A stretch of 64,000 nt of DNA. It comes from Epiperipatus broadwayi. Its lineage: Eukaryota; Animalia; Onychophora. Numbering within the stretch: the first letter of the stretch is position 1; every line of letters begins with the position of its first letter. Where the stretch lies: NCBI GenBank assembly GCA_028023455.1, contig JAQFVV010000007.1:13206001-13270000 (forward strand), read 5' to 3'. Below the pieces are notes generated by a model. It saw only the letters and a list, made by a program, of their open reading frames with translations, was not told where the DNA came from and did no database searches. The translations under genes were made by a program, and so were the position numbers. Of the stretch, positions 50,651 to 64,000 are shown one piece after another.

Positions 50651-50970
50651 AGTAAGTAGAGGGTTTGAATTTAGAATTTTCAGACTATATTCATCCTCCA
50701 CTCCATCTCATACAACCGATACACATGCTCACACACATGTGAAAAAGATAAATGATACCCAATATACCATATTTCATACAGAACCAGCACTGACTCTATA
50801 TATGTGTGGGAGATTATGACCTGGCCCAAGTGATGTAAGCTAGTTCTGTGTAGAATACATATATTGAGGATCATTTATCTTTTTCCACATGTTTATTCAT
50901 GTGTATCAGTTTTTTCAGATGAAATAGAGGATGAATATAGACTGAAATTCCTAAGTTCAAATCCCTATAT
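50651..50970. mobile_element. Hammerhead repeat family: two partial copies in inverted (fold-back) arrangement
   Basis: 50651-50791 is in one orientation and 50792-50970 is in the other. The junction is at agcact|gactc. Confidence 0.75.
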
Positions 50971-52729
50971 TTGTTCTAGTTTTTAATTTTTAATGTGTAC
51001 ACATAGATTATCATTATTTAAAAATTTCTGAATTTAAAAATATTTTGGATTTGTCAGATTTTCAGATTACAGTAATTTTTTTCTCCCCTCATTGTAAATC
51101 AAGTTCTGCTGAAATTTAAATAAGTGTTAATTTTAATACTAATAATTTATACATACATAAATATTTTTGTATTCCTTGTAAATTTATTTTATTAAACTTT
51201 AAACATGTTGACATTTTCAATTGATAATCCTGATGGCAGTTTTTATCAATGCTCAGTTTAAATTAGAGATGATATTTTAAAATTTTGATTTTAGAAATGA
51301 AAAACGTTTTACAAAATCATATTTGAACTTTGAAAATTATAAAAAATGAATTATAATGAAAACAAAGGATGTAAAGCACTATTCAACAATGTGGAAAAAT
51401 TTATACTTCAAAAAAATCAGCAAAATGCTTTTATTTCACATTTCTTTTTAAAACAAGAATAAATACATGCTAATCTCTGATAAATATATGTGAAATTTTG
51501 TTTTAAAACATTAACGCTCCCTGCACCCTGACAGTTTTCTTTGTTCTCACTAACAGTAAGCTTTCAACTTTCATTTTAATATTAAATCATTTTATTTATC
51601 AGAATATAATAAAGTTGATCTCATTTAGTAGATATTTTTGTTTAGATATTGAATAAATTTCAAAAAATAACATTTTATTTTTGGAATTAATTAAAAAAAT
51701 AGATTTTGATCTTTATCATTCAACTGTTGGGATGAACAGAATAAATTTGCAAAATAAATGAAATCTTTTTATGTTTGTTTTGAAAATCTCAATGAATAAT
51801 TATTAATATCTAATAAATCAATCAACTTATATTTTAAAAGTTTAATTCTTTTTAGTAATTTTTATAATATTGATATATTATTAACAGACTGTATTAGTGA
51901 CATTTTCAAAGATTGTATTTCTTATATGTCCATCATTTCCATGTTAATGCTACTCAGAAAAATATAATCTAAATTTAATAGTAAAACATTTTTGAAGAAA
52001 ATAATATGTAATAATATGTTTTTGATTTTTAATAATTATCATACAATTACTATGCAAAAATAATCATAAACTTTCCCAAAAAATAATGTTTTTAATCATT
52101 TGTAATATTTTCTTGAAGTAATAATGCAATATTCCCACAAAGTTTGAGACTTCCAAGAATAAAATGAGGGCTCAGCATTGTGGAGCTTACCATACTTTGA
52201 ATTTCCTGCTTATTTAATTCTCCTGACATCTTCAGACCTTTTTTGAATGTAATATATTAGAAAAAAAATATGTCATTTTTAAAGATTGAAAAAAAAAACT
52301 TTGCAAAATCTCTCAATAGACTGTTAAAGTGACAAATTCAATTCCTTGACTTCTGTACCCATAAAATGTCAATCTAAAAAACTTGAATGTTAAAAATGGA
52401 TTATAGTTTTTGGAATATCTCAATATTATTACAATATAGTATGGCATTACAGGATCAGTGTCAGAAAATATAATTATTTTACTGTTGATATTTTCTATAT
52501 TAACACTATATGCAAATTTATTAGCTTCTATTTTTAAAAATAAAACATATACATATAAAATCAAAGTGTATTGTTAAGATTTCAAATAATTATTATACAA
52601 TTATAATGGAAAAATAATGAGAAATGTTTAATAAGCTAGCAAAAAATCATTTTTTATTCCAAAGATGTTTTTCAAAATAATTTTGCAAATGCTTTGAAAA
52701 CCAGATAATAAAACACCAAAACTTGTGGA

Positions 52730-53035
52730 TAGAAACCAGTCCCTACCTTATGTCAGAGTGATGTAGTGAAAATTATACAACATATTATTTAAAATAGGGA
52801 AAACTCTCCATACAGTAGTGCCACTCAAAGCACTACTTTAAAACTTTAATACATATTATTTTTAAATATTATTTTTAATAAATATTATTTTTAAAGGTTT
52901 AATAAATCTTATTTATTAAATGGATAATCTTTAGTCTAATAAAAAATTAATAAATTAATATACTTCCATCAAGTGATTTGTGCCAAAGTTGTGTGAGCAG
53001 TAAGTTTGACATATATTATTTAAACTGCATTAATT

Positions 53036-53114
<79 letters not shown>

Positions 53115-53454
53115 AACAGTGATAAAGGTATGTATAAGAGAATGTGATCTGGTTTATCTAATGAGTGATGTGCACCTTGGGGATCATTTATCATTTTCAC
53201 ATGTTTTTGATCATATGTTTATGATTACACCTGTCCATAAGATGTTAAAAACAGAAATGAGTCCCCACCTTATGTGAGAGTAATGTAGTAAAAATTACAA
53301 TACATAAATATTATTCATTAAATGGATAATATCTAGTCTACTGAATGACTCATACAAATTACTAATATATTTTCATCAACTGGATAATGTCAAAATTGTG
53401 AGGGCATTAAGTTTGACACTTCAATTAAACTGCAGTAATTCCCTATATATATAT

Positions 53455-53532
<78 letters not shown>

Positions 53533-53730
53533 TAAACAATGATAAACTTGTGATCTGTGTCAATTGGTGAATGAAGATTCAGCATAAAATGTGCATCTTC
53601 GTCCATCTTTTTGAAATGTTTTTGGCCATTAAAAGTAGATGGAAAACAGTCCCTATCTTGTGCGAAAGTCATATAGTGAAAATCACATTACAGAAATATT
53701 ATTCATTAACCTGATCTCTTCAGTTTTAAT
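52730..53730 (+). repeat. Degenerate tandem array (~2.3 units) of the hammerhead repeat family, with (TA)n expansions inside units
   Basis: Units start gaaaccagtccctaccttatgt (52732), gaaatgagtccccaccttatgt (53254) and gaaaacagtccctatcttgtg (53642). Core remnants are ctaatgagtg (53158) and caattggtga...cagcataaaatgtgcatc (53561-53597). Confidence 0.55.
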
Positions 53731-56700
53731 AATTAATAAATCAATGTTTTTTTTAGAATGAAGTGTTAGCATTTAAAAACAAAAAAAGTGTATCAGTAAC
53801 AGTTAAAATATCAGTAGAAGAGTGATCTAAAGTAGAATAATTACCATACTATCAATGAATTAAACAAACCCTGATCATCATCATCATCACAACAGTGAAA
53901 AGAAAATTAACAATACCTTGAAATACAGAATATACTTATATTTATACCAGCACAAGATTTTTAAAAAGAAATAATTCAAACAAACTAATTTTTTGCATTT
54001 TGTACCATATAATAGAAGTTATTTGATGGCAGTGTTTGAATTAATGCTATTCTACCTGAGTGATTCACTTTACTAATGAATTTTACTCTAGTTTTGACAA
54101 AGATGCTTTTCATTCAGACATTTAAATTAAAGGTTTTACATGCAATATATTATTTGTTATTGTTCCCTACACTCATGTAGACTATTTAATAATCAATAAT
54201 GACATCAGTGTAACTATATATATTTATAACATCTAACTATGAATGCAAATTGATGAATTCTTTATGTCTCTTAAAATGTTATGATGCTCTTGAGATATGG
54301 ACTGCAAAAGTATTTTGCATGTAAATATTATCATGAAGTTTATAATAGTCTGCTACTGTATGTTTGCCTGTGTTGTGATTTTTAATGGAATAGATTATTT
54401 ATTTACTATATGAGCACCTGTTTGGGAAGTCTAATATTTTAGCTCCATTGATTCAAAGAGAACATAACAGGTTACTATAACCTAAATTGTTTAGTGAAAT
54501 GATGGAGTGCCAGTCCTGCTACTCAAGTCTCATGGATCATAATCCACTCCATTACTTCTGGTCTTTAACATCTTATGAACTCTTAAACAAATAATCATTT
54601 GTTGTTTATTCAGAATTGATTCACAAATCTTCAGCTTTTAAGTCTGACACCCTAAGGTTCTGAAAACCTACTTACTTTCATTGAATACTAATCTACATTG
54701 AAGACCATTATTTGCAAACTAATCCTAACTAATTAGAAGCTTGTCATTAAGGTCATCAAGATTGCATTGAATAAACAGTAGAGCTGTCCTGCAAAATAAC
54801 AATAAAAAGCAGACCATTTGGAAAGCTGGGTCACTGATTCCAACTGATTCCAGAAAGGATCTTGATTTTGCTATACAATTGAGAGGGTGGTGCAAACAAT
54901 GCCAGACAACTGACAGCTATTAGGTGACAGTTAACTACAATGCTTGCTATAAAGCATGCTCGAGTCTAAAGCAGTAAGCTTCCAGTTGTTAATCTCATTG
55001 CACTTACATTTATGGCAATTCACTCGTAAATTGAAAGGGTCAGAATTTAAAAGGGGAATCTCAGAAATCCTTTCCAAATACCAGTTAAGTCGTTGCTAAC
55101 ACTCTGCATTCGCTATTCGTCATCCATAACAAAGAGAAAATTCTGTATTGTAAATATGGTATATATATTTTGATATTGTAAATACTTTTAATAATGATTT
55201 TGTTATTTAGTTAACGAGTTATGAGTTATCCGTTATAATTGAATGACATTAATCTGCCATACTAGATACAAACATAACAACTGTGCTATTAATGAGCTTT
55301 CCCACTTATTCTCACATTTATATAATTTAATTTTTTTTTCAGCTTGTGATATCTGAAGATAATAAAGAGTAATTGCGAAAATGATTTTAGCATGTATTTA
55401 AAAGTACCAAAAATGATCAGGGTTTTGTTAAAAAGGAAAAGTAAGGAACGTCTTTAGAAAAATTGTCTAAGATTATATTGTGAAATTTCCTAGTGATGAT
55501 GGTGACGCCTTATGAATTAACATAATTTTATTATAAAAGGTATATACAATTAAATAAAATTAATTGACATTTGTATATCTGAAAATATTGCTTCTTCATA
55601 ACTAAAATAATAACTAAATTGATTTACTATAAAACTTTTTCTTAAAAAATAAAAAAATCTAAACTCGTTTCTTCATTTTCTTTTAAGAATATGAAACAAC
55701 TATAAAAGAAAATTTTAAATGATGTGTTGGTCTGAGCGATTGGTAAGGCTTCGTGCGTAATAGCTTCAAATATGTCAGCAGCACACACAACATATGGCGG
55801 AGCACGATCTTTCCATTTCAAGTTTAGTCGGCTAGAAAAAGCCAAAGTCAATTTAAAATGATCTGAGGTAAAATTGATGGAGAAAAAAAAACAAGTGGCG
55901 TAAAGCTTGTCATACACAACTGACTGGCGTGTGCTTTTTTTGCCACCAGGTAGCAGCGCTTTAATTACAATTGAAATAGCCGGCGATGCAGCTATACACC
56001 ATCTGCTTCGCTGATCTTCATACCTAACCCTTGCCACCTGTCACTTCTTGGAGGTTAGTAAGAGTTCGTACCTGATAGACAATCAGGAATTCCACATTCC
56101 TAACCGGAATTTTTTATTTTTTACTTGTCCTACAAAACAAAATGGCAGGGCATAAAAATAGTTGGCTGTCATTTAACTACTGAGCTGAACAAAGGCTTTT
56201 ATTGTTTCGTTTAGTTATTTACTACTCGTAAAGTTATAAACAAAAAGTAAAAATACTGTCCAATATTTATAAAACATTAAAAAAGAAGTAATAAAATGGA
56301 CTAATAAAAAAAAAACAAGAAAAAAGTCTGCTAACAGTATCCAAATAAACAAATCTGCGGGGAAAAAACTGCTATTTAATATAAGTATAGAAAAAAAAAA
56401 GTTTTTTTTTCTGTTTTCAAGACGGTTAGTGGAGCAATTATGTGTGTGTGTCTTAATAGGGGGGCATAAACATTAAATTTTCAATTCCAAAACAGATTAA
56501 GTAGCTAGGCAAGGGGGTACTAATTAATCATCATCAGTGATTGTTCGCTATTGTGAATCAACGTAATTTATTTTATCACCTATAAAGTTCTAACTAATCT
56601 CTTTATCAATACACCTATTTTGTGAATCTTATTTTGAGAAAAAATAACCGGAGAAAATGGAATATTTGTAAAAGACTGCCGTTTTCATTAGCATCACTAT

Positions 56701-59029
56701 AATAGCGCAGCGCACTGAATGTAACATCCTCGAATCGATGTCAAGGTTGGCACTTCCAGCACCCGAATTTTCTAAGAACTCTCGTAGATTAAAGCCATTC
56801 GATCATTTTGCTTTGTTCGGTTTAGCAGTGGTAGAATGTTAGAGCCTAGAATGCGTAGTCCTAAAGATCGGTGCCAGTACTGGCATTTCCGGCGTACAAA
56901 CCTCAAATGAACTCCGGAGCAAAAAAGCTATTCGAATTTATTTTATTTTAACAAGATTGAAAACTGATAATGTTTTAATAATTCTTGAATATTAATAATT
57001 TTCCAGGCATTTTAGGCAATGTTTTGATTTTGAACTAAATTAACAATCTTCTTTGTACGATACCGGAATGTTGTTGTTACTAAGACAAATGCTAGTTATT
57101 TAATCTCTTTTGGGTCTGTGGTCATTCTCTTTCATTTTCCCCATTACTTAGTGTCTTGAAATGTGTTAAAAAATATTTCAACTGATGATTACATCATAGC
57201 AGTTGATTGTGTATTTTGTTAAGTCAACAAATTGATTCTAGATTTAATATTTTTTAATAAAATAAGTATTTATTAATGGATACAGAAAATCGTATCTATT
57301 GATAACTTCATTTTTTATGTATGAAAGATGAAGTAAAATATCTTTCAAAAAAAAATTGCTCAGGGAATAAAGATTTTCAAGTATATTATAGAATAGTATT
57401 TTAATAGTTATTGAAATACGTTCATTTATGTTACATTGCCTTGTTAGATAATTATTTTCTATATTAGGCATTGAATGTTATCTGAAGGTGAGATATGTAG
57501 ACATTGGAATGTAACCATTAAACAAAAGTTGAATTTAGATGTTAAAGTGTGATGCAGAATCTAGTGCACTATTGCTGCTTTTAACATGTTAATGGATGTG
57601 ATATTTCATCACAGAAAAATAACTACTGCAAGTAAATTAACTTGCTATAGAGCTATTACATTATTTAATTTGTTGTATAGAAATGGGATATAGCTCAACA
57701 GCATTAGGAAGAAGTAATTCATCAATGCTCCATAAAAAATTTTTAAATGCAATGACAAGAACATGAGACCATTCAATATATTCTTCATCTTACTGGAAGT
57801 TACTTTAGTATCTATTATAACATATCATTGATGGATTGAACATGTGAAACAAATGAACAGTGCAGGATTTCCTAAAAGGGCATTTCAGCATGAACTTATG
57901 CATTGTTTGCATGGGAGAGATAGACCCTATTAAATTACAAAGTTTTATCTCAAAAATATTCTAAAGAAAGTCATATTGATTGTTTTAAACTGGAAGAATA
58001 AAGAAGATGATAGAACATTATGTTGAAATATTGCAGAAAGAAAAGTTTATTATACAAGTTAATCAATAGGTTCTATGTCTGGAAGTATTTACAATACACA
58101 AATAGATATATAGCAATTACCAATCTCATCTCTAATGCATTATTATTTGATTTTTGATCTATTTTTTTTTTTAGTTGAGATGGTCCTATGATTTCTTGAA
58201 TTGTTGCTAATCTTGATATTCTTGCACAAATTTAAATAGAAATTTCCTATTTTAGTCTAACATTCCATTATTTATAATAACACCACAGTCTTAACTTCAT
58301 ACATATAACAAATAATAATAATCAAATGGTTTTTGCGCTGAAGTTTGTTAGAAGTTGAACAGGAAGGGATAGTGTTTGTCAGCAATCCATATTTTAGCTC
58401 TAGTATTCTGCTCAACAATTTATCAAACTATGTATGGTTTTCTATATAAATAATGATTATCCTTATATCTAATCAATATATCTATTGCTAAAAAGGCATC
58501 TTTATATGCAGTTAGTAACACACACTTGATAATTAATGAACCAATATCCACCAAAAAAAAAACCTTACAGAAAATATAAAAAAAATAATGTGTTATACAT
58601 AAGATGTACAATTATTACGCATAACCACCCACAGTCACAAGTGTATGCACAGTGCTGGTCCTAGTTCTCTAATTACTATTTTTGAATGCTCTCTTGTTGA
58701 CTTTGCATATGACTACTGTGTATTTATTTTCCGCCATCAAAGTAGAAAGGAGTGCAGATATTAAATATGTATTCAACAACCATTCATAATTTGAAAGATA
58801 CAATAAAGCTATATAGCTAAGTTATCAAACAGATATTTTTGACATTATTCAAAGAATTAATAGACATATTATTGGGATGCACATATTGTTAATAAAGATG
58901 ATAATAGATTTCAGATGAAGTTTTAAACGATTGTCAAAGACTTGGAAAAAGATCTTGTGTGAGATATATGGATGAAATAAGAAAATATGATGATGTAATA
59001 TGGAGAGTAGTCAATTGAGAAAAGTTTAA

Positions 59030-59067
<38 letters not shown>

Positions 59068-59073
59068 TATATA

Positions 59074-59118
<45 letters not shown>

Positions 59119-59639
59119 CATAAAAGACATTGTAGTGTAGTGCCTGTCATGACTTTAATCTGACATTTAATTCAAAGAAAGCATAAATCATGAAAAATTT
59201 CAGATTTCATTCAGGCTTAGAATTATTTTTCAAAAAACTGACCCATAGCTAATCTGCTATTCTCCCAAGTAATAATTAGTTAATGGACATTTAGGAACTT
59301 TTATTTAGAGGATAAATCATCAGTGTTAATATGCTGAAACTTTCCTTACTTAGAATGTGACAAATCTGATTGAGTATTGCTTTTTCTGAATGATGCTTAA
59401 AAGAGGTGAAAACAGTTATAAAGACCATGCGTGCAATTGTTCCATGCACACAACACCTCTAGCATTTTATTTAATTGTGAGTAATAAAAAATATGTTCTA
59501 TCTAATTTAGGATAGGGGTAGAATTATAAACATTGCAGTTTAAAATCCATGGATCATAATCCAATCCTGTGACTTTAGATGTTTAAACTTCTTATAAATT
59601 TCAAAGCAATAAACCATTCAAATATTTATCACTTTTTTA

Positions 59640-59957
59640 ATATGTAAGTAGAGGGGTTTGAATTTAGGAATATTCAGTGTATATTTGAACTTCATCTCAA
59701 GCAACTGGTATCCTTGACTACATACATGTGAAAAAGATAGATGATTTCCAACAGATTTATTTTGTGTGAAGCCAGCACTCATCAGTTGGGTCAGATCATA
59801 ATCTCCCACAGATATATACATGCAATACTCAGCCTATAGTAAGATTGAAATTCCTTAAACTTTAGTGGGCAGGCTTCAATTTTTTCACCCTTCCAACATC
59901 ATCCATTTCATTGAAACTGATGGAACACTGAAAGCCTGTATTGAGTTTGATATTGTG

Positions 59958-60046
<89 letters not shown>

Positions 60047-60115
60047 TTGCTTGATATGGAGTGGAGGATAAATATACACTGAAAAATTCATGTTCAAATC
60101 TCTCTACTTACATAT
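59640..60115 (-). mobile_element. Hammerhead repeat family copy (core 59747-59790) with ~70-bp inverted end after a (TA)n tract
   Basis: atatgtaagtagaggggtttgaa at 59640 is mirrored by ttcaaatctctctacttacatat ending at 60115. The minus strand has cccaa-CUGAUGA-gugcugg. Confidence 0.75.
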
Positions 60116-60245
60116 ATAAGAAACATTCAGTATACTGAATGTATAAGCAAATTACCTTTGTTATAAAGATATTACTTGATATGAAGTATTAAACTACCAA
60201 ACATCACATGATCACCATTTTTTATGCTTACTCATAACTGTTATT

Positions 60246-60476
60246 AAAACAGGCAAAAATATCCATACAGTAGTGCCACTCAGTGAATGCAGATCTAGGT
60301 GCAGTGCTCTCAGATCCAAAGCTCCTCACTGACAAAAGGCACAAGCTAGAAACTAGTCTGGGGATATCAGATGAGTACTACTAGGTAGAGATTTTATGCA
60401 CAAAGCATCTGGCATCCATAGATTACTCTGGCTTGCATGGAATGGCACTACTTTATGGAGAGTTTTGCCTGTTTTG
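60246..60476. mobile_element. MITE with ~34-bp TIRs
   Basis: aaaacaggcaaaaatatccatacagtagtgcca pairs with tggcactactttatggagagttttgcctgtttt. Confidence 0.7.
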
Positions 60477-60930
60477 ATATGAAGTTTAAAATAATATTGA
60501 CATTTATATTGTTAATATTAAATATGTTGGATAGTGTGCACAATAAAATTTAAAAGACATTATAATTTGATTTGGTCCCTTCAAAATATTTATCATACTA
60601 TCAATACATACATGTACAGTTCAAAATAAAAATTATTTTAAGTCTCGGTGAAAATCTTTATCATTCTGAATTTGGTTAAGATGAGTTATTAATAGTTGTT
60701 TTTTTTTTCTATTAAACTGCACTTGCTATATACAATCTATCAATTTAACTTTTTCCATTAAATTAACAACTATTTTGCTTTGATATTAAACTTACTTATA
60801 AATAAATTTGAAGAATTGTCATCCCTAATCATTGTGTATAATACACTTTATATTATGGCTGCTATTCTGTATACAAAAGTGAGCAAATTGTCAAAAATAA
60901 TTCTCTTCATCAGTTTCCTTGGAGTTCTGC

Positions 60931-60932
60931 CT

Positions 60933-61019
<87 letters not shown>

Positions 61020-61030
61020 ATTATTATTAA
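60931..61030. repeat. Compound microsatellite (CT)n(CA)n(TA)n(TTA)n
   Basis: Direct reading. Confidence 0.9.
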
Positions 61031-64000
61031 TATAAGTCATTGCAGCTGTTATACTTTAGGGATTGTTGAAATGTTCCAAAACAATTGATGAAGGAAGTTA
61101 TTCCTAACATTTATGTATACTGTGGGTGCTGTAGTTAAATGTATTAGCCATGATGACTGGAACTGCCAACTTTTAAAATTTATATACATCTAATTCAAGC
61201 CACATTAGCCTATTTCTTAAAATTATTTTGTGAATTATATCAAACAATAATTGAAATATATGTATATGTTAATTTCATTTATAATTTGTTTAAATAGTTT
61301 CAGTGAGATACATTTTAGCTTTATTAACTAATTTTTAGTGACTCTGATGAATCTAAAAATATTAACCAAAGTTTTAAGAAAGATAATGCAAAAAAGATTC
61401 ATTTGTAAAGTCTTTTAGTTATTATATTTACAAAGTAGAACAAAAAAAAGAACTTTGTATTGCAGATTATATTATACTACTATGTATAGTGTCAATTTAA
61501 AGATAAGTAGAAAATTTAATTGTTTGTAAACCAGGATGGCTAAACTTTCACAGTTTTGTGTGCCAATTTTTTTACATGTTGGATCAAAAGTGTCATAATT
61601 TTTGCAATACTATTCAATGTTGTGTAAATTATGCCAATGTAAATAAATAATATTTAGAATTTTTTTGAAATGTGGTAAAGAATCAAAGAAATAAAAACAA
61701 ATTTTAAATATTGATTAGTATAATCAGACTTCTGAGTTTGCTTTGTTCTCAATAGTTTTCAGTGATTAGAGTAAAATTTGTCAATACAAATGCCAGGAAG
61801 AAACAGTCAGTAACTATTTCATTTTGTTTTTTTATCAATTTTAATGTTGAAAATAAATTTTGTAAGAACAAAGCTTACAGTGGATGAACAAAGCACAACT
61901 CATTGATATAAAGATATCAATTAGAAAATGAAAATAAAAACTATTAGAGTCTAATTTTGAATTCAGCACCACAAGATTAAACTGATGTAAATTGTGTTAG
62001 TTACAAAATGAAATTAAATGCCTTTTTTTTTTTAGCTTAAATATTTGAGTACCAATAAAAAATATTTTTGGTTAAAATATCATTTTACCAGATCTTCACT
62101 TATTTTTTATTTTTACAATCAGAGATGTGATGCACCAAATTTAGTCTCACATTTTTCTATGTTGAGCGCATGCACCATAGAATGCCTCCCTGATGTAAAC
62201 TATATTTTGAAATGGTTATCCAAATAAACTTTTATCATAGTCTGAACAATTTGAAGAAGAAACTAGGGTTGCAATAGTATTTTTTTATGTTTTCTAAAAT
62301 ATTATCTGTATCATATCTTTTATACAATTTTTTTTTTTTTTTGAGCACATTTCTAGTAAAATCTTTTCTGTTATTGTGTAAAAACTAACCATAGGATAAA
62401 AAGAAAATGTAAAGAAATGACTATTAGACTAAAAACTGACATATAAAAAATATCTCACATTATAACTAAGAAAATTAAAATGATTTTAAATTAATAAAAT
62501 TTGTTTATTGAGATACATAATCAAAAAAATAAAACAGTCTGAAATTTCCCATTGTAAATCAACCACTTTCACACCCCTGCAAAAATTATAATTTTTTCAT
62601 TGTTTAAATTTATCTAGTAATAGCTAGATATCTATTTACTTATCAGTAATTAGATCGCTGTATTGGCTATATACCATCTATCTAAAAGGAAAAGGCCATT
62701 CTTACTCGAAAATGTTTAGCTACTTCAAAAAAATTCAGTTTCACCAGATTTAAAATCCAGTTATGGATGCTTAATCCTAAGCAATAATGGTCTTATTCAT
62801 AATGCATTTCAATCATATATTTTATGGATATTTGTAAAATGTGTAATTGCAGAAATTCATGGATTGAAAAAGCTGATTATTATTATTATGGTATTTTTAT
62901 TATATCCATTTATTAATTTTAAATTAAACGTGATTGTGGATAATTTCAACTATTGCCCACTCGCCACTAGTCTTACTTTCGTTTATTTTGACCTCCAATA
63001 AAAATAAATTTAATTGTATATACAGTATATGAGTGTGCACATATACTTTAAGTCTATAAAGATTTTTTTTTAACCTACTCCTCTTGGGTTACGAATATAG
63101 ATACAATGTTGGACTTGTATTGTATATACAACATATATGGTTGAATGCGAGTCTTAAGTTTTTACAGACGGATTTTTTTTTGCTATGCCTGGACATTACT
63201 GTTTCCACCTCTATTGTATATGCACAATATAGGCTGAGCGTGTGTCTTTTTTTTTACAGAGGGGTTTTGTTTTTTGTTCCGCCTGAACTACGAAAATGGT
63301 TAGTATTTTGGAATGTCTCTATCTGAACCTTTTAAATTATAGAGGAAAAAAAATCTTACTGTCTGAACAACAGACAGATTACGTAAACTGCATCTAAGAA
63401 TAGCTACATATTACTCTACTGATTAATATTGAGTAGTTAGATTGTTTGTGTGTAATGCGCATATATAATCACATGCGCAATTTATAAATATAATACTGGC
63501 TTTTACTACTATAATTTAAATTTCTGTAATAGATGTTCTATCGCGTGGACATTATCTACTTTGAAAAGATCATATTTCCTCTCATTTCTCGTGCACAACT
63601 AAGCAATTTAGTTTGCAAACTTGGAGTCACATTTGACGTTATTCCCAGCGTGAGAAACAGGGTCTTTCTACTATCCAGGATGTAAAAAAACCCTTTGCGA
63701 CCATCCATCTGTTGGTAATATCCTCACATTGTGAGGTAAAACTGGAGTTAGTTTCTTGTAATACCACCTCTTGAGTGCTATAAGCTGCTAATAAAATGTA
63801 GCTATGTAATTAAATCTTCTTTCATCTTCCCCTATGGGGAGCTACGTGTTAATGGAGATGATAACTAAACATTAGTTATTGTTAGAGAGAAACAATCGTC
63901 TTACCTTCTAAACAAACTAAGAAATAGTATTAAGTGCATATTTAAAATACAGTATTTTAACTGGCTGTCAATATTTTAAAATTTTGCTTATTATTAGTTT

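Noticed and set aside
55642-56037. 131-aa minus-strand ORF
   Set aside because: Non-ATG start, no recognisable domain, and it runs into AT-rich low-complexity sequence.

Overview
AT-rich eukaryotic genomic DNA, probably from an invertebrate such as an arthropod (inference from composition, TE content and a metazoan-type tRNA-Gly remnant). I cannot support any host protein-coding exon in the window. The main feature is a young, nearly intact Ty3/Gypsy LTR retrotransposon (about 40501-50402, + strand). It has ~1.8-kb near-identical LTRs, a tRNA-Pro-like PBS, a PPT and a single 1.4k-aa Gag-PR-RT-RH-IN ORF with no env, and it sits inside a (TA)n microsatellite. The rest is old TE debris: RTE and I-like LINE fragments, a hAT MITE with a perfect 8-bp TSD, other MITEs, microsatellites and a truncated tRNA-Gly pseudogene. 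The most interesting unexplained signal is a ~430-450-bp non-coding repeat family with at least 11 full or partial copies or units. Each carries a minimal type I hammerhead ribozyme motif or its remnant. Copies occur as head-to-tail tandem units and with inverted ends of variable length, which resembles a retrozyme or non-autonomous Penelope-like element. The gypsy element also shows a G-U-rich hairpin array at the LTR 3' end, 126-bp LTR repeats with palindromes, no visible nucleocapsid zinc knuckle, and ~97-bp tandem repeats where the integrase C-terminal module is expected. All folds, alignments and translations were done by eye.
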